NCBI GenBank assembly: GCA_947627655.1
Contig: CANQWW010000001.1
Coordinates: 1 to 48,131 of the forward strand
Reading direction: 5' to 3'
Length of the DNA: 48,131 bases
Origin: an uncultured Acinetobacter sp.
Lineage (GTDB): Bacteria; Pseudomonadota; Gammaproteobacteria; Pseudomonadales; Moraxellaceae
Below are positions 21,172-29,883 of the stretch, in pieces (position 1 is the stretch's first letter; each line of letters opens with the position of its first letter). The position numbers and the translations under genes were made by a program. The notes beneath the pieces are model-generated. The model was not told the origin of the DNA. It ran no database searches and saw only the letters and a program-made list of their open reading frames with translations.

Positions 21172-23183
21172 ATCCACAAGAAACAAAACCGGTGCCAGAA
21201 GGCCTAAATGAACAGCAGCAGCAAGAATTATTAGAAAAGTTTGACCGCGAATCTGTGACTCGTAACCCGATCAATAAATCGGTTCGCCTGTTTATTGCTG
21301 CACTGGCAATAATCTACTCTCTATTTCATCTCTATATTACTTTTAATCCCTTACCCGAACTGATTCAGCGTGCAGCGCATGTATCGATTGGTCTGGCACT
21401 GATTTATCTGCTTTATCCTGCACGTCAAGCCGGCAGTCGCCAGAAAGTTGCCTGGACGGATTGGATTTGGGTCATTGCATCTTTTGCCTCTTTCTTCTAT
21501 CTGTTTACAGAATATCAGGCGATTATGACGACCCGAGGAGGCATTCCTAATACACTGGATATCGTGTTCTCAATTATGACTGTCGTCTTGGTTGTTGAAG
21601 GTGCACGACGGGTTATGGGCTGGATGCTGCCCATCCTTGGACTCATTTTCTTAAGCTATCCGTTTATCAGTCATTTTGACTGGATGCCGGATCGCTTGCT
21701 GACTCGCCCCTATACATTCAGTGATATCTTCGGGCAAATGTACCTAAAAACTGAAGGCTTATATTCATCAGCCATCGGGGCTTCGGTGACTTTTATTTTC
21801 CTGTTTATCCTGTTTGGTGCCTTTCTGGCAAAATCGGGAATGGGGAAATTATTTAATGATCTGGCGATGGCACTTGCCGGACATAAGCAAGGTGGTCCAG
21901 CCAAAGTCGCTGTCATCTCCAGTGGTTTTATGGGCAGTATTAATGGTACAGCCGTTGCCAATGTAGTGGGGACCGGTTCATTTACTATTCCCTTAATGAA
22001 GAAAATTGGCTATCACAAAAACTTTGCCGGCGCAGTTGAAGCCAGTGCTTCTGTCGGCGGTCAGATTTTACCGCCAGTAATGGGTGCTAGCGCATTCATT
22101 ATGGCGGAAACGACTGGGGTCAGTTATGGCACCATTGCACTTGCCGCCGTATTGCCTGCCCTACTGTATTACCTCGGTGTGATGGCACAGGTACATTTCA
22201 GAGCTGGCCGGGATAACCTGAAAGGCGTCCCCAAAGCTGACCTGCCACGGATCAAAGAAGTCCTGAAAGAACGTGGACATTTATTAATTCCAATTGTCGC
22301 GCTAGTGGTCTTCCTGTTTCAATCTATTCCAGTCAGCTATGCAGCTGTTTATACGATTTTATTAACCATTGTGATCGCAGCCTTCAGAAAATCCACCCGG
22401 ATGGGGCCTAAGGAAATTCTGGAAGCTTTGGCAGATGGTGCTAAACAGTCACTCTCCGTAATGGCTGCCTGTGCGGTAGTGGGGATTATTATTGGTGTGG
22501 TGAGCTTAACCAGTTTTGGCTCGGTGATGACTTCTTCAATCATGAGCATTGGTGCCGGCAGTCTGTTCCTGACCCTGTTCTTTACCATGATTGCATCGAT
22601 GATTCTCGGTATGGGCCTGCCATCCATTCCTGCCTATATCATCACAGCGACCATGGCCGCACCTGCTCTAGCCAACTTTGACATTCCTATCTTAGTGGCG
22701 CATATGTTTGTGTTCTATTTTGGCTTATTCGCCAATATTACGCCGCCGGTTGCTTTGGCCGCCTTCGCCGGCGCCGGAATTGCCGGTGGTGACCCAATGC
22801 GGACCGGATTTCAGGCCTTGCGCTTATCGCTGGCCGGTTTTATTGTGCCTTTCCTGTTTGTCTATAACCCGGCAATGCTGATGATTGACACCACAGATAT
22901 TGCAGTGAATGCCAAAGAATTTACCTTACCGGCCTGGAATGTCATTTTGAGTATCACGATAACCTCGATTGCCGGCATTCTGGCCTTAGGCGCGGCGGTA
23001 GAAGGTTATTTCAAGACTTCGATGAACTGGTTCTGGCGTATATTCCTGGGTGTCGGCGCCTTGATGATGATTGTACCGGAAACAATTACCGATATTGTAG
23101 GAACGGTTATGGTGATTATCGCTATAGGATTTAATGTGATTCAGGCCAAAAAAGAGAATACAGCTTCTCCTAAAACCTCATGA
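21168..23183 (+). CDS. TRAP transporter fused permease (4TM/12TM)
   Basis: GGPAKVAV, EASASVGGQILPPVMG, ILGMGLP and ITPPVALAAFA motifs; ATGA overlap with the upstream stop codon. Confidence 0.93.
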   Translation: MNPQETKPVPEGLNEQQQQELLEKFDRESVTRNPINKSVRLFIAALAIIYSLFHLYITFNPLPELIQRAAHVSIGLALIYLLYPARQAGSRQKVAWTDWIWVIASFASFFYLFTEYQAIMTTRGGIPNTLDIVFSIMTVVLVVEGARRVMGWMLPILGLIFLSYPFISHFDWMPDRLLTRPYTFSDIFGQMYLKTEGLYSSAIGASVTFIFLFILFGAFLAKSGMGKLFNDLAMALAGHKQGGPAKVAVISSGFMGSINGTAVANVVGTGSFTIPLMKKIGYHKNFAGAVEASASVGGQILPPVMGASAFIMAETTGVSYGTIALAAVLPALLYYLGVMAQVHFRAGRDNLKGVPKADLPRIKEVLKERGHLLIPIVALVVFLFQSIPVSYAAVYTILLTIVIAAFRKSTRMGPKEILEALADGAKQSLSVMAACAVVGIIIGVVSLTSFGSVMTSSIMSIGAGSLFLTLFFTMIASMILGMGLPSIPAYIITATMAAPALANFDIPILVAHMFVFYFGLFANITPPVALAAFAGAGIAGGDPMRTGFQALRLSLAGFIVPFLFVYNPAMLMIDTTDIAVNAKEFTLPAWNVILSITITSIAGILALGAAVEGYFKTSMNWFWRIFLGVGALMMIVPETITDIVGTVMVIIAIGFNVIQAKKENTASPKTS

Positions 23184-23184
23184 C

Positions 23185-23210
23185 AAGAAGAGAGCCTAGG
23201 CTCTCTTCTT
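23185..23210. terminator. Bidirectional terminator (perfect 26-bp palindrome)
   Basis: AAGAAGAGAGCCTAGGCTCTCTTCTT between the convergent TRAP permease gene and apbC. Confidence 0.7.
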
Positions 23211-23222
23211 AACTCTAAAACT

Positions 23223-24488
23223 TTAGAAAATCCGCGCTTGATCTTTTTCTGCTTTCGGCAATTTTGCAGCGATCTTTTCTGCAATCTCCAGATAACTGTC
23301 AGCCGCTTCGTCACCCGCAATGACTGAAGGTGTGCCAGCATCGGCATTTTCACGAATCACCGCCTTCAAAGGCAAACGGCCTAATAGTGGTATCTGGTAC
23401 TGTTCAGACAGTTGGTCGCCACCGCCTGTACCAAAAATCTGTTCTTCATGACCACAGTTCGAGCAGATATGGGTCGACATATTTTCAATGACGCCCATGA
23501 CCGGAATCTGTACACGATTAAACAGTTCAATGCCCTTGGTGGCATCCATCAGGGCGACGTTTTGCGGCGTCGTGACGATCACTGCACCGGTCACTGGAAT
23601 ACGCTGCGCCAGAGTCAGCTGAATATCCCCCGTACCTGGTGGCATATCAATGACTAAGACATCCAGATCTGGCCATAGTGTCTGGTTAAAGAGCTGCATC
23701 AAGGCACCGGTGGCCTTAGGTCCACGCCAAGCGACTGGCGTATTGTGATCACCGGTTAAATGACCAATCGATAACACGGCCATACCATAAGCATCTAGTG
23801 GAACAAAATGCTCGGCTTCGATCATCGGCGTTTTACCCGCATTGCCAAGCATGGTCGGAATACTTGGACCATAAATATCCGCATCCAGCACCCCGACTTT
23901 TAAGCCTAGTTTTTGCAAGGCCAGCGCCAGGTTCACGGTGGTGGTGGACTTACCTACACCGCCCTTACCTGAAGACACCAGAATGACATTCTGGATTCTT
24001 GGATGTTTGGGCACATCTTGCTGCTGTGGTGCAGCTTTTTGAATCGGTGGATTATTCGGATCCGCTTCTGCTGCTTTAGCCGTATTGCCTGAGGCATCAA
24101 CTACAGGCGGTAAATTCGGTTTTGCTGCTGTCTGTGGTTGATTCTGGCTAGAGCAGCTTTCCCCTTCTGCATGATGATGACCACAGCCAGCTTCTTTTTT
24201 ATGCCCAGTCTTTTGCTGAATCACATGCATATTCAACTCTTTGATACCGCACTGCTCCAGCGCATCCGCAAGTTCATCATGAATCTGCTGTAATTGCTCT
24301 TTTTCTTCTGGATAAGTGTTGACGGTGATCTGCAGGATTTCACCCTGTACATTGACCTGAGTAATTCTGTCTTTTAGCGCATTGCTCGAGTTTGGCAAGA
24401 CATAGTTTTGCAGTACATTCTGCACAGCCTCTTCGTTCACCTCCTTGGAAGGGGAAAAAACCGATTTAAGCGAAGAAAGCCAGGACAT
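23223..24488 (-). CDS. apbC: Iron-sulfur cluster carrier protein ApbC (Mrp/NBP35)
   Basis: Deviant Walker A SGKGGVGKST, DADIYGPS, DMPPGTGD, ENMS-x-CxxC. Confidence 0.95.
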   Translation of the reverse strand: MSWLSSLKSVFSPSKEVNEEAVQNVLQNYVLPNSSNALKDRITQVNVQGEILQITVNTYPEEKEQLQQIHDELADALEQCGIKELNMHVIQQKTGHKKEAGCGHHHAEGESCSSQNQPQTAAKPNLPPVVDASGNTAKAAEADPNNPPIQKAAPQQQDVPKHPRIQNVILVSSGKGGVGKSTTTVNLALALQKLGLKVGVLDADIYGPSIPTMLGNAGKTPMIEAEHFVPLDAYGMAVLSIGHLTGDHNTPVAWRGPKATGALMQLFNQTLWPDLDVLVIDMPPGTGDIQLTLAQRIPVTGAVIVTTPQNVALMDATKGIELFNRVQIPVMGVIENMSTHICSNCGHEEQIFGTGGGDQLSEQYQIPLLGRLPLKAVIRENADAGTPSVIAGDEAADSYLEIAEKIAAKLPKAEKDQARIF

Positions 24489-24715
24489 AGGTTACTCCAA
24501 AAAATAGATAGACATCTGAATAGCTTAGTTTAACGAGGTTTCAAGCTCAGGTTAAGCCATCTCTATCCAGAAGCTTGAGAGACAAATATGATTGCCAACT
24601 ATTTTACTTGGTTTTCTAAGCTTAAAGGGAATAAAGTTCATACAGTCCTTAATTTAGAATTACATTATATTATTGATATATAAATTTAATAAAAAAATTG
24701 ATGAAATTTTATTTA

Positions 24716-24761
24716 TTAAAAATCGACTTCATTTCAGTCACGTAATGAAGTCGATTTTTAA
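24716..24761 (-). terminator. Terminator-like 18-bp inverted repeat after the hydrophilin-like gene
   Basis: TTAAAAATCGACTTCATT-N10-AATGAAGTCGATTTTTAA. Confidence 0.7.
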
Positions 24762-24774
24762 GTTAAAGCATTTA

Positions 24775-25605
24775 TTAATGATTTTTATTTTGCTCGGACT
24801 TGTTTGATCCAGATGGATCAGTTGTATCCTGATCCTTTTTGGCAGCATCTTTGTTATTGCTCTGATCTGACGCCTGGGCTGGATCCTGATGGTCGGATGA
24901 AGAATCCTGATCCTTTTTCGAATGATCCGAAGGAGATTGATCATCGCCTTTTATTTTACTCATTGTCTCAGTGGCCATTTGTCGCAGTTCAGCCAGTTTG
25001 ACAGCAGCTTCATTGACTAACTCGGTAATCTTATGTTTGGTATCTTCAAACTTATGCAGGGCTTCATCTTTTAAGTTTGCCATACGTTCCTGCTGATCAT
25101 TCTGGCCTTCTTTTGTATTCTGGTGATCGGAAAGATGTGCTGATTTATCGTCAGAACTGTGATCCGCTTGCGCCTTTTTCGAATTTCCTAAATCTTGTTC
25201 ATCCTCTTTCTGGCTGTCTGATTTGCCATTTTTGAGTTCATTCAGAATCTTTTCGCCTTTCTGCAAGAGTTCCTCACCAATCGCAATCGCCTTGGCTTTT
25301 AAGTCATCCATTCTTGGGGTTTCAGATTTTTTATCTGACTGATCAGCAGGATCAGCTTGGCCATTTTTAGAGGCATCTTTTTGCTCTGGTTGCTTGCCAG
25401 CTGACTGTTGAGTGCCTTGTTGAGCTTCAGACTTTTCATCAGAATAGTGGTTCTGGGCTTCTCGTACTTCCTGATGTTCCTGCTTATGCTGTTTATCGAT
25501 CTTATTTTGCTTTTGCTCTTGTTCAGCTTGATCATGCAACACACGTGCCTGTTGTTCTTTATCTTGGTTCTGCTTTGATGTACTGGTCTGGTTATTCTGA
25601 GTCAT
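24775..25605 (-). CDS. Highly hydrophilic, probably disordered protein (hydrophilin/LEA-like)
   Basis: 276 aa rich in Q/K/D/E/S/N, no Cys or Trp, two short amphipathic helices; GGAG RBS. Confidence 0.75.
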   Translation of the reverse strand: MTQNNQTSTSKQNQDKEQQARVLHDQAEQEQKQNKIDKQHKQEHQEVREAQNHYSDEKSEAQQGTQQSAGKQPEQKDASKNGQADPADQSDKKSETPRMDDLKAKAIAIGEELLQKGEKILNELKNGKSDSQKEDEQDLGNSKKAQADHSSDDKSAHLSDHQNTKEGQNDQQERMANLKDEALHKFEDTKHKITELVNEAAVKLAELRQMATETMSKIKGDDQSPSDHSKKDQDSSSDHQDPAQASDQSNNKDAAKKDQDTTDPSGSNKSEQNKNH

Positions 25606-25916
25606 GAGTACACTCCTGAAGCGTTATAAAAATAGTCAGACAATTTTTTTAGCACAAAGCCTGCAACATAGCGGGGGAATTAAGCAAACTGCAACAAAGC
25701 CTGTACATGTTGTTGCTATTGATTGCAGGAAGTAGCATGAACGCCACTTCAGCAAATTTTCAAGTACTTATCACCCCATACGCCCAGCTTCGACCGTTAG
25801 TAGCTTCAGCCCGCGCTATTCCTCATGCTTCTGCTAAAGCATTTCTTTGTAATCCCTCCGCCATCATGTAAAATTGTGCTCCATTGCATAATGAATACGA
25901 ATGAGAGAGTTAATCC

Positions 25917-27974
25917 GTGCGTAAAATTTTAGTCACCAATGCCCTTCCTTACGCCAATGGCCCAATTCATATGGGACACTTACTCGGCTATATCCAGGCC
26001 GATATTTGGGTACGTGCCATGCGCGCGATGGGCCATGATGTGACCTATGTCTGCGCGGATGATGCTCATGGTACGGCGATCATGCTGCGTGCTGAAGCAA
26101 ATGGCATCAGCCCGGAAGCACAAATTGCCAATGTTCAGAAAGAACATATCCGTGATTTCGACGGTTTTGGCGTGCATTTTGACCATTATGATTCAACCCA
26201 TAGTGACACCAACCGCGCCCGTGCTTCAGAAATTTATCTGAAAAACCGTGAAGCAGATAATATTGCGGTGCGTCCGGTCAGCCAGTTATTCGACCCTGAA
26301 AAAGGTATGTTCCTGTCAGACCGTTTCATTAAAGGCACGTGCCCGAAATGTAAGGCGGAAGATCAATACGGCGATTCATGTGAAGTCTGCGGTACCACAT
26401 ACAACGCAACGGAATTATTGAATCCAAAATCGACCTTAAGCGGTGCAACACCGATTGAGAAATCTTCAGATCATTATTTCTTTAAACTGCCAAATTTTGG
26501 TGAATACCTGCAAAAATGGACCCGTGATGAAGGCCGTCTGCCGGTATCAATCGCCAATAAACTGGATGAATGGTTTGATAATGGTCTGAACGACTGGGAT
26601 ATTTCACGTGATGCACCATATTTCGGTTTTGAAATTCCAGATGCACCGAACAAATACTTCTATGTGTGGGTTGATGCGCCGATTGGTTATATGTCGAGCT
26701 TTGAAAACTACATCAAAACCAAACGTCCAGATTTAAGCTTTGACGATTTCTGGAAAAAAGATTCTAAAAATGAAGTCTATCACTTCATTGGTAAAGACAT
26801 CGTTTACTTCCACGCGCTATTTTGGCCGGCCATGCTGGAAGGTGCAGACTACCGCACTCCAACCGGTTTGTTCGTCAATGGCTTCCTGACTGTAAATGGT
26901 CAGAAGATGTCAAAATCTCGTGGTACATTTATTAAAGCTGAAACTTATTTACAGCACCTAAACCCTGAATACCTGCGTTACTACTTCGCGTCAAAACTTT
27001 CGGACAAGGTTGAAGATTCCGACTTAAACCTGGATGACTTTGTACAAAAAGTAAATTCAGATTTGGTTGGTAAAGTCGTTAACATCGCCAGCCGTTGTGC
27101 AAAATTCATCAACACTAAGTTTGATAACACGTTAAGTGCAACATGTGCAGAGCCGGAATTTGTACAAAGCTTCATCGATGCAGGTGATTCGATTGCCAAG
27201 GCCTATGAAGACCGTGAATTCTCTACGGCGATTCGTGAAATCATGGCACTTGCAGACAAAGCCAACCAGTACATTGATGAGAAAAAACCTTGGGCACTGG
27301 CAAAAATTGAAGGTAAAGAACAACAGGTTCATGACGTATGTTCTGTAGGCATCAACTTGTTCCGTCAATTGGCGGTTTATCTTGCGCCAGTATTGCCGAC
27401 CCTGGCTGAACAAGTTCAAGCATTCTTGCAATTAGACAGCTTTAACTTTGAATCGCGTAAGCAAATCTTAGTTGCACACGAAATTGCGCAGTTCCAACCG
27501 CTCATGCAGCGTGTGGATCCGAAAGCAGTTGCCGCCATGGTGGATGCATCTAAAGATTCTTTAGCTGCGCCTGCTGAAGCGCCAAAAGCGGAAAAGAAAA
27601 AAGAGAAAGCCAAAGAGAAGAAAGCTGAGCCTAAAGTCGGTGAAGCTGACATCATTACGATTGATGACTTCGTGAAAGTGGACTTACGTGTGGCTGAAGT
27701 TATAGAAGCAGCAACAGTTGAAGGTTCTGACAAGCTTTTACAACTCACTTTGAATGTGGGTGAAGCTGAGCCACGCAATGTATTTAGTGGTATTCGTGAG
27801 TTCTATCAGCCAGAAGACTTAAAAGGCAAATTGGTGGTAATGGTGGCGAACCTTGCTCCTCGTAAGATGCGTTTTGGTATCTCTAACGGTATGGTACTTG
27901 CGGCGGGTAATGGCGACGGTGTTTGGGTGATTTCACCTGAATCTGGTGCTAAACCGGGTGATAAAGTGTCTTAA
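25917..27974 (+). CDS. metG: Methionine--tRNA ligase
   Basis: HMGH and KMSKS motifs, Zn knuckle CPKC/CEVC, C-terminal tRNA-binding OB domain; GTG start. Confidence 0.98.
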   Translation: MRKILVTNALPYANGPIHMGHLLGYIQADIWVRAMRAMGHDVTYVCADDAHGTAIMLRAEANGISPEAQIANVQKEHIRDFDGFGVHFDHYDSTHSDTNRARASEIYLKNREADNIAVRPVSQLFDPEKGMFLSDRFIKGTCPKCKAEDQYGDSCEVCGTTYNATELLNPKSTLSGATPIEKSSDHYFFKLPNFGEYLQKWTRDEGRLPVSIANKLDEWFDNGLNDWDISRDAPYFGFEIPDAPNKYFYVWVDAPIGYMSSFENYIKTKRPDLSFDDFWKKDSKNEVYHFIGKDIVYFHALFWPAMLEGADYRTPTGLFVNGFLTVNGQKMSKSRGTFIKAETYLQHLNPEYLRYYFASKLSDKVEDSDLNLDDFVQKVNSDLVGKVVNIASRCAKFINTKFDNTLSATCAEPEFVQSFIDAGDSIAKAYEDREFSTAIREIMALADKANQYIDEKKPWALAKIEGKEQQVHDVCSVGINLFRQLAVYLAPVLPTLAEQVQAFLQLDSFNFESRKQILVAHEIAQFQPLMQRVDPKAVAAMVDASKDSLAAPAEAPKAEKKKEKAKEKKAEPKVGEADIITIDDFVKVDLRVAEVIEAATVEGSDKLLQLTLNVGEAEPRNVFSGIREFYQPEDLKGKLVVMVANLAPRKMRFGISNGMVLAAGNGDGVWVISPESGAKPGDKVS

Positions 27975-27993
27975 GATTTAAGTTTTAAATAAG

Positions 27994-28024
27994 AAAAGCC
28001 TCTACTGATATAGAGGCTTTTTTA
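27994..28024 (+). terminator. metG terminator (copy 1 of a duplicated terminator)
   Basis: AAAAGCCTCTA-CTGATA-TAGAGGCTTTTTT. Confidence 0.85.
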
Positions 28025-28114
28025 TACCATTTATAAAATTTATTCCCTTGTTTTTGAAAAATATATCTATAAAATCCAGACGCTTTTTATTTTCTGTAAT
28101 TATTCGGGGTAAGC

Positions 28115-28471
28115 ATGAAAAAATTACTAGTTTCAGTTTTAGCGATGTCAACAATTGCATTTACAGGCTGTTCAATTCGTATGGCTGATATGACTGTGGC
28201 TTCAACTAAAAACTACAATCTAAATTCAAATCAGTTTGTGAAAGGCGAGCGCGTTACAGGCGAAGATAAAGTACCTGTAATTTTATTCCCGTTAGGTATT
28301 CCTAATTTCAAAACAGCAATAGATCGTGCAATTGAAAAAGACCGTTGTGCTGTTGCATTATCAGATGTAGTTATTACTCAATTGAATCAAGCATTCTTAG
28401 TTGGTCAAATTGGTTATCGTGTTGAAGGGACTCAAGTCATCGACCGCTCACAACCAGAATGTAAAAAATAA
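28115..28471 (+). CDS. Hypothetical lipoprotein
   Basis: MKK plus hydrophobic core and lipobox FTGC; two further Cys; GGGG RBS. Confidence 0.85.
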   Translation: MKKLLVSVLAMSTIAFTGCSIRMADMTVASTKNYNLNSNQFVKGERVTGEDKVPVILFPLGIPNFKTAIDRAIEKDRCAVALSDVVITQLNQAFLVGQIGYRVEGTQVIDRSQPECKK

Positions 28472-28486
28472 TCGTCTTTAATATAA

Positions 28487-28517
28487 AAAAGCCTCTACTG
28501 ATGTAGGGGCTTTTTTA
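28487..28517 (+). terminator. Terminator after the lipoprotein gene (copy 2; 29/31 identical to the metG terminator)
   Basis: AAAAGCCTCTAC-TGAT-GTAGGGGCTTTTTT. Confidence 0.85.
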
Positions 28518-28623
28518 CGCCTTTAAGTTCCCTCTCCTTTTTAAAGGATGAGCGTTATAACGTGCAAGAGGGAGAGGATTTATTGAATCACTGCCCCTTT
28601 TTAATCTTATAAAACATATTTTC

Positions 28624-28731
28624 TTTGCGTAGGCATTGCCTTACTTTTGAAAGATCAAAAGTAACAAAAATCTCTTGTTCACTTGATGATACGTCCATGT
28701 ATCACAAGTGAACGGCGACATCCATGTCGCC
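28624..28731 (+). repeat. Structured intergenic element, copy 1 (three hairpins, candidate pseudoknot; putative ncRNA or non-autonomous mobile repeat)
   Basis: Hairpins at 28641-28664, 28677-28713 (bulged A) and 28714-28731; same architecture as 48008-48117, with compensatory substitutions. Confidence 0.8.
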
Positions 28732-28749
28732 CCAAAATCACTCTAAATA

Positions 28750-29787
28750 TTAATTATCTAAAAATTTTGGAATATTCAATATTTCAGTAGGAATCTCTAA
28801 ATATTCATAGATAGCATTACTCTTATCTGCTAAACGTTCATCATTTGTAATGAAATAGTCACAATAACTTGCATAAGCTACATGTGAAATATCTGATTGT
28901 GCACTGACAAATTTTTTCTCATTCTTAACTTTCTTTTCTGGTCTAAAGCCACTTAAATTTAAATTTGTATAGATTGCATGTATTTTCCCAAAATTATGAG
29001 TCACATTTCTAATTTTTAAGAAATCATCGAATTCGACTTCAGCTAAGGAAGGATTACTCTTTTTAAGAGTTTCCCAAATTTTTTTTAAAACTTTAGGACT
29101 TTTAATTTTATTAATTTCATCAATATTTATCTGTAACCCTTTTCTATAAGCTAAGTGAGCATCCGTTTCATTATTGAGTTGCTTTAGATGATTAGAATTT
29201 TGTCGCACACTCTCCTCAAACTCAGGCATTTGTTTTCTTAAACCTTCCAATTCATTTTCTTTTTGTTTAATAAATAAATCATAAAGTGGATGTTTAATTT
29301 TTTCATTCTTTAGAATATTTATTTGCTGCTCAAGGAATTCTAATAATGCATATTGAGCCTTAATTTGTGAATCTGCCATGCCTTCATAATCTTGAATACC
29401 TCCATACATAGCAAAAATACTTTTCTGAAGTGGGTTTATAAATTCATCATATTTCAAACTCTCATTAATATATTTTTCATAGATTTCTTTTACTGAACCA
29501 GATAAAAGCCTCATTTGACCTGTAAATTCAAACTTCTCATTGATTTTTGCTTCAATATAAATAGCACTTAGTTGATCTAATAAAACTAAAAACTCATCAG
29601 AATATTTACTGTCTTTTATACCTGCTCTATAGATTTCCTGAAGTGTGATATTTGAATAAACTACTTGTACACGTTCTAAAAACCCTTTCACGAAGTCTGG
29701 CTCGGTTTGAATACAATTCAAAAAGCCATCTAAAATATTTTGATCTAAATAAGCTAACGGTTTTCCTGAATATTCTAGTTCTTTCAT
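28750..29787 (-). CDS. AT-rich hypothetical protein with split PIN-like nuclease motifs
   Basis: N-terminal LAYLDQNIL...SNITLQEI and C-terminal DISHVAYASYCDYFITNDERL; two sampled 60-nt lines are 27-28% GC. Confidence 0.7.
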   Translation of the reverse strand: MKELEYSGKPLAYLDQNILDGFLNCIQTEPDFVKGFLERVQVVYSNITLQEIYRAGIKDSKYSDEFLVLLDQLSAIYIEAKINEKFEFTGQMRLLSGSVKEIYEKYINESLKYDEFINPLQKSIFAMYGGIQDYEGMADSQIKAQYALLEFLEQQINILKNEKIKHPLYDLFIKQKENELEGLRKQMPEFEESVRQNSNHLKQLNNETDAHLAYRKGLQINIDEINKIKSPKVLKKIWETLKKSNPSLAEVEFDDFLKIRNVTHNFGKIHAIYTNLNLSGFRPEKKVKNEKKFVSAQSDISHVAYASYCDYFITNDERLADKSNAIYEYLEIPTEILNIPKFLDN

Positions 29788-29883
29788 TGCAGCTTCTTAT
29801 GAAGTAATTGGTTATATTATAAATAAGAAAAAATTTAGACTATATGCTAAAACTATTTAATCCCTTTAAAACATAAGAATCCT

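Noticed and set aside
23185-23210. Perfect 26-bp palindrome as a possible operator or mobile-element end
   Set aside because: Its position between convergent stop codons and its A/T-rich flanks are adequately explained by a bidirectional terminator.
28624-28731. Structured element read as a tRNA, CRISPR repeat or simple terminator
   Set aside because: It has no D/T-loop consensus or CCA, no repeat-spacer periodicity, and three conserved hairpins are more than a terminator needs.
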